Shown: positions 6,634 to 14,932, numbered from the stretch's first letter. The stretch: DNA of 20,000 nt from an uncultured virus (IMG/VR IMGVR_UViG_3300042891_001399) (IMGVR_UViG_3300042891_001399); one strand, 5' to 3'. Translations and numbers: made by a program. Notes: generated from the letters alone by a model not told the origin.

Positions 6634-7518
6634 ATGAAACATTTAAAAAGATTTAACGAAGAATTAAAACCCGATACTTATAGAAAAGCGGCTTATAAAC
6701 TTCGTGACTATAACAAAGATAAAAAGTCTAAAGACTTATTAGATTGGGCTGATAAACAAGAGTTTGGTTATTATAATATGTGTCTTACTAATAGTAGCAC
6801 CATTATTGCTAAAAATGATACATTTACAAATCCTAAACTAATTGGAATGTATTATGGTGAAGTTAAAACTGGTGAAAGAAATAAACCCATATATGGTGAG
6901 GATGTTTTAAGACATAGTGACTCTGAGGCATTGGCTAATAGGCTAGTAAATGATTGGAAAGAAGGTAGAGCTGAGTTAGCTATAACATTTGAGTTTGGAT
7001 TTCAAGCAACCAGTCAAACAAAGAGTAAACATGAATATTTAAATAATCCGTCAAAATATTCTCAAAGGTGGAATATAGGTCAATCAGTACCAATGTTTTC
7101 TATTGAGTTACAATTAAGTAATTGGCACGATGGAATAGAAGATTGGGATAGTGATGCTAAGTGGGAAGCTGAACATAGAGGCGAGGAATTCACACCTACA
7201 ACTTTATATGATTTTTATAAATTCTCAGCAGAAGAAAGTTTATATCTTAAAAGACCAAACAATGAACAATACTATGGTGTATTCACTGATAGAGGATCAT
7301 CTTCTAAGTTCTTAAAATTCTTACAATCATCAATAGATGATAAAGTAAAAGAAAAGATAATGGATGTTTTAAGTATTATAGGTGGTGAGGCAGAAGACTT
7401 AGAAAGAATACTTAATTCTTTTAATAAAGTAAGAGTTCATGGTCTATATGATAATGAGTTTACAAGTAGTAGTAATGGTAATCTCGGACAAAAATGGTTT
7501 AATAAACCTATAAACTAA
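6634..7518 (+). CDS. Leader-tagged hypothetical protein (MKHLKRFNE)
   Basis: 294 aa with the shared leader. No domain recognised. Confidence 0.8.
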   Translation: MKHLKRFNEELKPDTYRKAAYKLRDYNKDKKSKDLLDWADKQEFGYYNMCLTNSSTIIAKNDTFTNPKLIGMYYGEVKTGERNKPIYGEDVLRHSDSEALANRLVNDWKEGRAELAITFEFGFQATSQTKSKHEYLNNPSKYSQRWNIGQSVPMFSIELQLSNWHDGIEDWDSDAKWEAEHRGEEFTPTTLYDFYKFSAEESLYLKRPNNEQYYGVFTDRGSSSKFLKFLQSSIDDKVKEKIMDVLSIIGGEAEDLERILNSFNKVRVHGLYDNEFTSSSNGNLGQKWFNKPIN

Positions 7519-7524
7519 AATATT

Positions 7525-7547
7525 AACCCTCTTAAATGAGGGTTTTT
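7525..7547 (+). terminator. Intrinsic terminator
   Basis: AACCCTC-TTAAAT-GAGGGTT followed by TTT, just after the stop at 7518. Confidence 0.7.
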
Positions 7548-7560
7548 AATTTTAAATACT

Positions 7561-7568
7561 TATATTTG
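7561..7568 (+). promoter_or_regulatory. Bacteroidota sigmaA-type -7 element TATATTTG
   Basis: TAnnTTTG 5 nt before GTG 7574. Confidence 0.6.
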
Positions 7569-7573
7569 CCCAT

Positions 7574-7984
7574 GTGAACACACACAAGAAATTAATAGGA
7601 ATGGGTTTCAAAAAATGCGAACCTCATATAAAACACTATGATAACAATAAAGAGTCCATTTATGGAATGATACCTGATGTGTATGTTAATGAATATAAGA
7701 TTGTTAATAGTAAAAGAACTTTAGTTACAGTCAAGAAAGTTCATCCAAAATGGAGATTGTTTTATAAGATGGTTTTTACTGACACTGTTAACATTTGGAT
7801 TGATACTGATAAAGGACAAATAAAAACAATTTGGTTAGAAGGAAATATAGCTAAAAACGGTGTGGAAGAGATATATGAGTTCTATAAACACGGGTCAATT
7901 CTTTTGGAAAGTAAAAAAGATATAATTAGATTATTTCCTAAGGCAATTCAAAGAGACTTTATAATAAATGACTTGTTTAGTTAA
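7574..7984 (+). CDS. Hypothetical protein with C-terminal RDFIINDLFS tail (variant of the shared tail)
   Basis: 136 aa, GTG start directly after the -7 element. Confidence 0.75.
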   Translation: MNTHKKLIGMGFKKCEPHIKHYDNNKESIYGMIPDVYVNEYKIVNSKRTLVTVKKVHPKWRLFYKMVFTDTVNIWIDTDKGQIKTIWLEGNIAKNGVEEIYEFYKHGSILLESKKDIIRLFPKAIQRDFIINDLFS

Positions 7985-8333
7985 GAGGTTTAATGTAGTT
8001 GTTGAAACTATCTTTTAAACCTTTTAATTCAAATCCCATTGATCTATAAAGATTATTAGCAACTGTATTATCAATCTCAGTATTTAACTCAATTGATTCA
8101 CACATTCTTTGCTTACATCTAACGATAGCATTTTCAACTAATCTTTTACCATAACCATTACCACGGTGAGAATTAAGAACTTCTACCGAATAAATAGAAG
8201 CTTTATTTTCATTGTATATTAAAAGTAAACTACCTACTTGTTGTTCACCTTTAGTGATGAATAATAATTCAGTATTAAGTGGTTGTACATTAACACTTAC
8301 TTTTTCGTTGATTAATTCTGTTAGTTTTTTCAT
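7977..8333 (-). CDS. GNAT family N-acetyltransferase with leader MKKLTELINE
   Basis: Acetyl-CoA motif VLNSHRGNGYGKRLV and C-terminal NTVANNLYRSMGF. Confidence 0.9.
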   Translation of the reverse strand: MKKLTELINEKVSVNVQPLNTELLFITKGEQQVGSLLLIYNENKASIYSVEVLNSHRGNGYGKRLVENAIVRCKQRMCESIELNTEIDNTVANNLYRSMGFELKGLKDSFNNYIKPLN

Positions 8334-8338
8334 ATAAG

Positions 8339-8347
8339 TATATATTA
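8339..8347 (-). promoter_or_regulatory. Putative phage late promoter TAATATATA
   Basis: TAATATATA-CTTAT-ATG(8333). Confidence 0.7.
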
Positions 8348-8386
8348 ATTAAATAAACTATTTAAAATATTATTGATATAAGACTA

Positions 8387-9262
8387 ATGAAGACAATTAT
8401 ATTATACTCTAATAAAGGATATGAAGGAATGGTAGACTCGTTTTTAATATCTATGAAATATGCTCAATGTGAGAATATCCCAGTTTTATACTACACAATA
8501 GGTTTTGACTCTGAGTTAAATTATCCAAACTTAACTAAGATTAGATGGGAAGTAGATCCAAATAAAACAGACTTAACATATTACAAGCCAGAAATTTTAT
8601 TAGACTCACTTAAATATTCAAGTGAAGTTTGTTATATGGATTCCGATATTGTACTTGGTAAAAGATTTAATATAGATTCTTTATTTAATAAAGACATAGA
8701 TTATCCATTCTGTTGTAGAGGTCCTTTAGAATTTGTTTGGGTTTGGTGCACACAGAATGGTGAAAATTTCAGAATAGATGAAAATAATTTAATGGATTAT
8801 TATGGAGTTAAAGAAAGAAGTAGCACATATTTATGGGCATCAATGATGTCATTTACGGAGAATTGTAGAGACTTTTTAGAAGAGTGGTCTTCAATTCTAA
8901 ACAATCCATACTTATTAAAAAGAGAATATAATATTAATTATAAGAAAATTAAGCATTATTTCCCATTTAGAGAAGAAACAGCTTTTAATGTTACTTTTTG
9001 GAAAAGAGGATGTAATAGAATTTTAGATTTAGTGTTCTTCAATACAGTCAAATTTGAATCATTTTTAAAAGTTGAAACTGAAGATGACTTTAATCAAGAA
9101 ATTAGAAACTACACAAGTCACTCAACAATTGATTATGGAATATATGAAACTTGTAATAATTCATCAATAGTACAATTCTATCATGGATTAAAGCCTGGTG
9201 AGGATCTTAATAATGTTATTAATTGGATGAAATCAAAAATAAATGAAAGAGAATTAAATTAA
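8387..9262 (+). CDS. Putative GT-A fold glycosyltransferase
   Basis: YYKPEILL followed by the DxD motif CYMDSDIV, then EETAFNV and a late FYHG.K. Confidence 0.65.
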   Translation: MKTIILYSNKGYEGMVDSFLISMKYAQCENIPVLYYTIGFDSELNYPNLTKIRWEVDPNKTDLTYYKPEILLDSLKYSSEVCYMDSDIVLGKRFNIDSLFNKDIDYPFCCRGPLEFVWVWCTQNGENFRIDENNLMDYYGVKERSSTYLWASMMSFTENCRDFLEEWSSILNNPYLLKREYNINYKKIKHYFPFREETAFNVTFWKRGCNRILDLVFFNTVKFESFLKVETEDDFNQEIRNYTSHSTIDYGIYETCNNSSIVQFYHGLKPGEDLNNVINWMKSKINERELN

Positions 9263-9795
9263 CTATTAACTTTATTGAAAACTAATTTACAAGTTAAGTT
9301 GTGTGATAGTTGTCTAATGAAATTATAACTTGCTTTTTCTTTATGTAATATTGGCGCTTTCTTTATAATTTCAAAATTCAAATTCTCATCCATATAAATA
9401 AGTCCAGCATACTCAGGGACTTCTTCAGCTGTTACTAATCCAGTTGGAACAACAAAGTTAAAATAGTTACAAGTTAAATATAAAGTGTCTTTAACCTTTT
9501 CATTATTTTCTTTAATCATTCTTACTTTAGTACACTTTCTTTCTAACATTAATTTATGTTTGTCTTTATTAAAATCAGCTTTGAAATCTGAACGTGAGAT
9601 TTTAATTTCATATTCATAAATATAATTTGCTTTACTTATTGATATAACATCACACTCGGCTAAACCATAACCAGTAAATCTTGTTGTGATTGGTGAATGT
9701 TGTTTTTCATATAGATACATAGCTAAAGCCGATTCTATATTCTTAGATTGAGAATTATCTCTTTTAATCTTTTTAATTGATGATTTTCTTGACAT
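9259..9795 (-). CDS. MmcB-like PD-(D/E)XK nuclease-fold protein
   Basis: ECDVISI...YEYEIKISRSDFKADFNK, YFNFVVP and EEVPEYAGLI. Confidence 0.75.
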   Translation of the reverse strand: MSRKSSIKKIKRDNSQSKNIESALAMYLYEKQHSPITTRFTGYGLAECDVISISKANYIYEYEIKISRSDFKADFNKDKHKLMLERKCTKVRMIKENNEKVKDTLYLTCNYFNFVVPTGLVTAEEVPEYAGLIYMDENLNFEIIKKAPILHKEKASYNFIRQLSHNLTCKLVFNKVNS

Positions 9796-9799
9796 AAGT

Positions 9800-9808
9800 T
9801 ATATATTA
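9800..9808 (-). promoter_or_regulatory. Putative phage late promoter TAATATATA
   Basis: TAATATATA-ACTT-ATG(9795). Confidence 0.7.
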
Positions 9809-9841
9809 TTAGGAATTATAACCAAATAATCTTGAACCCAT
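9809..9841 (-). CDS. Possible 10-aa micro-ORF MGSRLFGYNS
   Basis: Exact TAATATATA (9847-9855) lies 5 nt before its ATG, and its stop abuts the next promoter motif. Confidence 0.35.
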   Translation of the reverse strand: MGSRLFGYNS

Positions 9842-9846
9842 AAAAG

Positions 9847-9855
9847 TATATATTA
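9847..9855 (-). promoter_or_regulatory. Putative phage late promoter TAATATATA
   Basis: TAATATATA-CTTTT-ATG(9841). Confidence 0.6.
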
Positions 9856-9888
9856 AATATACAAAGGAACTATTCAAATTTATAAATT

Positions 9889-9897
9889 TAATATATA
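9889..9897 (+). promoter_or_regulatory. Putative phage late promoter TAATATATA
   Basis: TAATATATA-ATTCA-ATG(9903). Confidence 0.7.
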
Positions 9898-9902
9898 ATT
9901 CA

Positions 9903-10313
9903 ATGAGATACTTAAAATTATTTGAATCATTCATATCTAGGGGAGAGTTAGTACAAGATGCTAAGGATATTTGTTTAGAATTAAATGATAATAATATTGT
10001 AACCAAATGTTATTATAATCCTCCTTATATCACTGATAGTAAATTAAATCCAGGCTTTATAACAATAGGGATGGAAAGAACTGAATTTGAAGATGATGAT
10101 ATGGGTTATGGCTTGGCTGGTATTTTAGAATGGCATGAAATTGAAGAAGTGATTGATAGATTAATTGAATATCTTGAATCAAACAATTGGAAATTAGCAT
10201 CAATTTTAATGGATGGAGATAATCTAATTAATCCTAAAGAGTGGGTAGAAACTTTGAGAAAAAAAGTCAGCTATACATTTAGTGGATTAACAATTAATTT
10301 TACACAAGAATAA
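9903..10313 (+). CDS. Leader-tagged protein (MRYLKLFES), one copy of the repeated domain
   Basis: DAKDICLELNDNNI ... IEEVIDRLIEYLESNNW. Confidence 0.85.
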   Translation: MRYLKLFESFISRGELVQDAKDICLELNDNNIVTKCYYNPPYITDSKLNPGFITIGMERTEFEDDDMGYGLAGILEWHEIEEVIDRLIEYLESNNWKLASILMDGDNLINPKEWVETLRKKVSYTFSGLTINFTQE

Positions 10314-10347
10314 TGAAACACTTAAAATCATATAAGTTATTTGAATC
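10313..10347. repeat. 35-nt leader-encoding repeat, with an inverted copy at 13697-13731
   Basis: ATGAAACACTTAAAATCATATAAGTTATTTGAATC versus ATGAAATATTTAAAATCATATAAGTTATTTGAATC, 33/35 identical. Confidence 0.8.
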
Positions 10348-10846
10348 CCGTATTGATGATATGGAAGATAATATTCAAGATATTTTACTTGAATTAGAAG
10401 ATATTGGATTACAAATAGAAATGGATAGAACTCGTAAAGATGTTGAAGATGATACACTACAGAGAAGAGTAAAAAGAACTGATGTCTTCGTAGAAGTTCG
10501 TATTATGAGACCTTTTGGTGCTCCAGATAGAGTTATACCAGGTGTTCCTCAACCTCCAGGTGGTAGATATCAAGGTAATCTTTTCTTTTGGTATGAGGTT
10601 AAAGATGCTATCATTAGATTGAATGATTGGTACTATGAATATTCTGGTAATGAATATACACCTGGAATTGATAGTAAAACCTCATCAGAACTTGCTAAGA
10701 TAGGAATCAAATATAATACTAATTCACCTTTTAGAATGTTTAATGGTGGTATTGAATTTGGAATAGGCTGGTACAAACCAGAAGACTTTGATGGTGTTGG
10801 TGATTATATTTCTTTTGATCGTTTAAGAATTGAAATGAAACTATAA
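10313..10846 (+). CDS. Leader-tagged protein (MKHLKSYKLFES), one copy of the repeated domain
   Basis: NIQDILLELEDIGL ... VKDAIIRLNDWY. TAATG-coupled to the upstream gene. Confidence 0.85.
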   Translation: MKHLKSYKLFESRIDDMEDNIQDILLELEDIGLQIEMDRTRKDVEDDTLQRRVKRTDVFVEVRIMRPFGAPDRVIPGVPQPPGGRYQGNLFFWYEVKDAIIRLNDWYYEYSGNEYTPGIDSKTSSELAKIGIKYNTNSPFRMFNGGIEFGIGWYKPEDFDGVGDYISFDRLRIEMKL

Positions 10847-10870
10847 TTTCATTTTCTCATATAATATTCG

Positions 10871-10878
10871 TATATTTA
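10871..10878 (+). promoter_or_regulatory. Variant sigmaA-type -7 element TATATTTA
   Basis: One mismatch to TAnnTTTG, 4 nt before ATG 10883. Confidence 0.45.
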
Positions 10879-10882
10879 TATT

Positions 10883-11392
10883 ATGAGAAATGAACACGGA
10901 AATAGTGAGAAGGATCCAGTTTATGGATATTTAGAAAATCCCAGAGAATTATTATTTATTGATATGGATGGTGTCTTAGCAGATGCTGAAGCCGGTATGA
11001 AAGTTTGGTCTGATAAGTTAGGGATATCAACAGATGAACTTTTCAAAAAGAAGCTTTATCACATGCCTGGTTTTTATTTAGATTTACCACCAATGGAAGG
11101 AGCAATTGAAGCTTTTAATAAACTATCAGAAAAGTATGAAGTTTATATTCTAACAGCACCATCTTGGGAAAATCCATCTTGTTATACTGATAAAAGATTG
11201 TGGGTTGGTAAATACTTAGGTGATGTAGCTTATAAAAGGTTAATCATATCTAATGATAAAAGTTTATTTACAGGTAGAGCTTTAATTGACGACAGAACAA
11301 AGTATGGAGTAACAGAATTTAAAGGAGAACATATTCACTTTGCTACTGATAAATTCCCAAATTGGAAATCTGTTTTAGAATATTTAATATGA
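10883..11392 (+). CDS. 5'(3')-deoxyribonucleotidase (NT5C-type HAD)
   Basis: FIDMDGVLAD, LPPMEGAIEA, YILTAP, DKRLWV and ALIDDR. Confidence 0.9.
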   Translation: MRNEHGNSEKDPVYGYLENPRELLFIDMDGVLADAEAGMKVWSDKLGISTDELFKKKLYHMPGFYLDLPPMEGAIEAFNKLSEKYEVYILTAPSWENPSCYTDKRLWVGKYLGDVAYKRLIISNDKSLFTGRALIDDRTKYGVTEFKGEHIHFATDKFPNWKSVLEYLI

Positions 11393-11766
11393 ATCCATTA
11401 AAAATTAGTTTTGATTTTGATTGTACGTTAGGTGAAGATATCATTCAGCGTAAAGCCAATCTATTGATTAAATCTACTGAGTATTGTAATGTTTATATTA
11501 TTACTGCTCGTTGTAAGGATCAAAAAAATCCAGATGTTTATTCCGTTGCTAAAAGATTAGGCATACCTGAGTCTAATATTCACTTCACTGAAGGTGCTTG
11601 GAAATGGCATAGGATAAAAGAGTTAGAAATTGATATACACTTTGATGATGTTCCTGAGGAATGTGAATTGATATCCAACAACACAAATTGTTTACCACTT
11701 TTAATTTGGGATGAATTTTGTAAAGAGTCAATTAAACACGATTCATTTGGTAACGGAATCTACTAA
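11389..11766 (+). CDS. Small HAD-superfamily phosphatase
   Basis: ISFDFDCTL, IITAR, K and IHFDD motifs. The start at 11389 (ATGA overlap) is preferred over 11362. Confidence 0.8.
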   Translation: MNPLKISFDFDCTLGEDIIQRKANLLIKSTEYCNVYIITARCKDQKNPDVYSVAKRLGIPESNIHFTEGAWKWHRIKELEIDIHFDDVPEECELISNNTNCLPLLIWDEFCKESIKHDSFGNGIY

Positions 11767-12884
11767 TTAATCATGTCAAAATAGATATAAACTTGCTCGC
11801 GTGAACTACCTTCATTGATTATCTCTTGCCTTACTTTAAAACCAGTGTCTGTTAAATAATCTTTGACTCTTTCTAAGGTATCATTTACTTCATTCCAAAA
11901 TTCATCATGTGGTAATCTTTTAAAATTTTTAATCCAAACATATGGACTTTCTGAAAATCCCTTTGTAAATCCACTAAGTTGAGGTCTATATCCTAAATCA
12001 GTTATCTCTAAAAGAATCTCTCTTAGATATTTTTCTAATTCTTCTCTAACTGGATTACCAGGTCTTTTCCAGTCAGCATCATACTCAATTTTTGACTCTG
12101 ATATATTATCTTCTTTGTTACTTATAATAACTTTAATATAATCAATAGGTACTTTATAATTACCTATTATTGTAACATCATTTTCAATTAAACCATCTTC
12201 TGATTTAGAACTTAAATGGTCAATACATTGTGAATTACATATACTTTCTATTTCAATATCATAATCTTGACTAACATATGAAATTAGATGTTGTAAAGCT
12301 AGTACAAACTCTTGACCCGGTATATAAGGCAATGGTCTTGGTTCATCACTAAATCCATAAGTATCAAACTTCTCAATATAGATTCTTGTTACTTCACCTA
12401 CACCACCTCTATTGTATTCAACTTTGAAACCAAGGTCTTCTATCTCACGGAAGATATCTTCAATGTTATTTAGAACTTCTTTATTAGAATTAGATTCTCT
12501 AATAATAGGTGAGTTAGTCATACTACCATGTTTATCAAATTTGAATACAGCAAAATGATTACCACCAGACATACCTCTTGGATTCATACCATATGACTTT
12601 AATGTTTCTATGAAATCTTGTATAGTATCAGTAAAATATAAATCAGCATTAAATCTTTCATTGTCATCAGTTACTTTCATAATTATAAACTTCTTATAAT
12701 CATCTGTATATCTTGATCCGGTATGAATAGAAACTCTAGGATCTCTAAGTAAATAAGAATGTGATCCATTAATAACTTCAACTTGAAGACCCTCATCTTG
12801 AAGCTCTAAAGATAAATCTTTAAGTAACTGAATCTTCTTATCAACAAGTGATTCAAATAGTTTATATTTCTTTAGGTACTTCAT
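11763..12884 (-). CDS. Leader-tagged (MKYLKKYKLFES) putative polyprotein with three copies of the repeated domain
   Basis: KDLSLELQDEGL / EDIFREIEDLGF / REILLEITDLGY, separated by IRES and ISES. Confidence 0.85.
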   Translation of the reverse strand: MKYLKKYKLFESLVDKKIQLLKDLSLELQDEGLQVEVINGSHSYLLRDPRVSIHTGSRYTDDYKKFIIMKVTDDNERFNADLYFTDTIQDFIETLKSYGMNPRGMSGGNHFAVFKFDKHGSMTNSPIIRESNSNKEVLNNIEDIFREIEDLGFKVEYNRGGVGEVTRIYIEKFDTYGFSDEPRPLPYIPGQEFVLALQHLISYVSQDYDIEIESICNSQCIDHLSSKSEDGLIENDVTIIGNYKVPIDYIKVIISNKEDNISESKIEYDADWKRPGNPVREELEKYLREILLEITDLGYRPQLSGFTKGFSESPYVWIKNFKRLPHDEFWNEVNDTLERVKDYLTDTGFKVRQEIINEGSSREQVYIYFDMIN

Positions 12885-13731
12885 TTGGTATAAATTCTAA
12901 TTTTACTTTTTGTATCATTCCTATGACCTCCGAAAGATCATCAATAGTATCAAGGTTCTCCCAATCAACTGGATACTTAATAGATAATAAAGTTTTAAAT
13001 CCTTCAGATGACATATAATCTTCTATTCTTCTACAAGTCTCAATAAACCATTCTGGAAATGGACCAAACCCACTTCTTTTCTCATCTTGTTTAATTATTC
13101 TTCTGTCAATATCAATTGATAAATAAAAAGGTTGTTTTATACTTCCAAGATGTCCTCTACTTTTTAGAGAAACAATATTTAGATGAATATCATTTTCTGG
13201 AGATATTTCACATTTACAGTTATTATCTTCAAACTCTTGACAGATATCTTTAATGGTGGAAATAACTTCTCTAAATTCTACAAATCTTGATTCAAAAATA
13301 TCTTTATCAATTGTGTATTTTCTCTTAAAAGGCGATACTCTTGGATTATTATAAATAAAAATATTAATGTGATATAATTCTTCACCGGAAAATTCTTTCA
13401 TAAAATCATCAATATCTGAATAACCATCGGAGTTAAGTATTCCTAAATCAATTGAATAATCACTATCTTTTAGATAGTCTTTTATTCTTAATAAAACATC
13501 CATTATATCTTCTAATCTGAAAAATCTATCTTGATTATCTTTAATATAAACTCTTAAACAATCTTCACCATTTATACCATCTTTATAATATTTAACCGCT
13601 TTAACATTATATTCAATCTGATAGTCAGTTAGCTCTAATAATATATCTTCAATGTCAGCTTTTATTTCTTGAGCGTTTCGGTAATCAGAGGCTAATGATT
13701 CAAATAACTTATATGATTTTAAATATTTCAT
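12862..13731 (-). CDS. Leader-tagged (MKYLKSYKLFES) putative polyprotein with two copies of the repeated domain
   Basis: EDILLELTDYQI / KDICQEFEDNNC, separated by KRKYTIDKDIFES. Confidence 0.85.
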   Translation of the reverse strand: MKYLKSYKLFESLASDYRNAQEIKADIEDILLELTDYQIEYNVKAVKYYKDGINGEDCLRVYIKDNQDRFFRLEDIMDVLLRIKDYLKDSDYSIDLGILNSDGYSDIDDFMKEFSGEELYHINIFIYNNPRVSPFKRKYTIDKDIFESRFVEFREVISTIKDICQEFEDNNCKCEISPENDIHLNIVSLKSRGHLGSIKQPFYLSIDIDRRIIKQDEKRSGFGPFPEWFIETCRRIEDYMSSEGFKTLLSIKYPVDWENLDTIDDLSEVIGMIQKVKLEFIPNEVPKEI

Positions 13732-13736
13732 TAGAC

Positions 13737-13745
13737 TATATATTA
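13737..13745 (-). promoter_or_regulatory. Putative phage late promoter TAATATATA
   Basis: TAATATATA-GTCTA-ATG(13731). Confidence 0.7.
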
Positions 13746-13746
13746 A

Positions 13747-13778
13747 CTTGACATTTTGGAAAGTAATTTGTACCTTTG
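13747..13778 (+). promoter_or_regulatory. Bacteroidota sigmaA promoter (CTTG-N20-TACCTTTG)
   Basis: CTTG 13747-13750 and TACCTTTG 13771-13778. Heads the 13812-15177 operon. Confidence 0.7.
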
Positions 13779-13811
13779 TAGTAATTAATAAACTATTTAC
13801 AAATAGAAATC

Positions 13812-14519
13812 ATGATTTATATACAATCCGACACCGATAGAAAATTACCACATCACTTTGATTGTGCCTGTGGACTCTATGGTGCTTTAGACCATGGACA
13901 AGACATTCGTCTGACTACATTTGAAGAAGTTCAGTCTGGTAAGTTTGATAACTTAATTAAGTTAAATTTATTTATAGGCTCTGTTGAGTTTATGAAAGAA
14001 GTTTTTTCAAGAATTGGTAAAAACAATATTAGAGTTCCTGAAAACTCAAATCGTGATTTTAAATCAATGACATTAGGTGAGGCTAAGATATTATCTAAAT
14101 CTAAAAGCATTTTCATTAAACCTTTTGATATTAAATTATTCACCGGTTTTGTACTTGACCAAATGATTAACATGTCAATATCAAGTGTGTCGGATGATAC
14201 AATGGTGATGGTATATGATGTTTTCTCAAGTCCAATTAGAAGTGAATGGCGTTGTTATATCGGAAGAGATAAAGTTGTTGACATTCGTAACTACTCTGGT
14301 GATATATTTACCACACCAAGTAAAGAGTATTTACAATCAGTTTTTGATTCAAATAGGTCTAAATTTCCAACCGCTTATACAATTGATATTGGGATTTTAG
14401 AAAATGGAGATAATGTAGTAATTGAATATAATGATATGTGGGCTATTGGTAATTATGGTATTGATAATTATGAATACTTTAGTTTGTTAAAATCAAGATA
14501 TTTTGAAATAGTGAGATAA
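13812..14519 (+). CDS. ATP-grasp domain protein (DUF4343/R2K-like)
   Basis: FIKP...KLFTGFV, SEWRCYI, AYTIDIG and VIEYNDMWAIGNYG. Confidence 0.8.
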   Translation: MIYIQSDTDRKLPHHFDCACGLYGALDHGQDIRLTTFEEVQSGKFDNLIKLNLFIGSVEFMKEVFSRIGKNNIRVPENSNRDFKSMTLGEAKILSKSKSIFIKPFDIKLFTGFVLDQMINMSISSVSDDTMVMVYDVFSSPIRSEWRCYIGRDKVVDIRNYSGDIFTTPSKEYLQSVFDSNRSKFPTAYTIDIGILENGDNVVIEYNDMWAIGNYGIDNYEYFSLLKSRYFEIVR

Positions 14520-14932
14520 TGAATAATTACATTTTTACAGATATAGATGGTGTTCTAAACACAATTAATAGAAATCAGTGGAATAAAACCTCTATTGATT
14601 TGTATAATAAATTGTGCCATGAATTTAATTTAAAGCCTGTTATTTCTTCTACATGGAGATTGAATCATACAAAAGAACAACTTCAGAAGATATTTACTGA
14701 ACAGGGCGTAACTGTTACTATTTATGACTTCACAGATTCTTTTCCAGATGAAGGTAGAGGTCGTGAAATTGAAGATTGGATTTTTAATAACTCTTATGAT
14801 AAGTTTATTATATTAGATGATAGTGTTAGAGATATAAATGCTTGGGGTTTGCCTAATGTGGTTAGATGTAGAGGATGGATAGGCTTTTCTGAAGAAGAGT
14901 ATGACTTGGCGGTTTCTTTATTAAAAAAATGA
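14519..14932 (+). CDS. HAD phosphatase, Swiss-Army-Knife RNA-repair-like (HAD_SAK_2)
   Basis: FTDIDGVLN, VISSTWR, RGREIEDW and FIILDD. Confidence 0.85.
   Translation: MNNYIFTDIDGVLNTINRNQWNKTSIDLYNKLCHEFNLKPVISSTWRLNHTKEQLQKIFTEQGVTVTIYDFTDSFPDEGRGREIEDWIFNNSYDKFIILDDSVRDINAWGLPNVVRCRGWIGFSEEEYDLAVSLLKK

Noticed and set aside
9809..10006. 65-aa minus-strand ORF
   Set aside because: Overlaps the 9903 gene antisense and runs through two promoter motifs. Only its last 10 codons, from ATG 9841, have support.
12100..12108. TAATATATC on the minus strand at the ISES linker, as a possible relic promoter at a fusion junction
   Set aside because: One mismatch, no ATG at 4-5 nt, and easily produced by Asp-Asn-Ile-Ser codons in AT-rich DNA.
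10313..13731. Invertible segment bounded by the 35-nt inverted repeat
   Set aside because: The repeat is explained by tag-coding sequence, and no recombinase gene is present in the window.
13748..13776. TTGACA-N17-TACCTT read as an E. coli-type sigma70 promoter
   Set aside because: The same bases fit the Bacteroidota TTG-N20-TAnnTTTG pattern seen repeatedly elsewhere, and no other sigma70-type promoters were evident.
13931..14400. ORFs 13931..14173 (-) and 14215..14400 (+)
   Set aside because: Both lie wholly within the ATP-grasp gene, in other frames.
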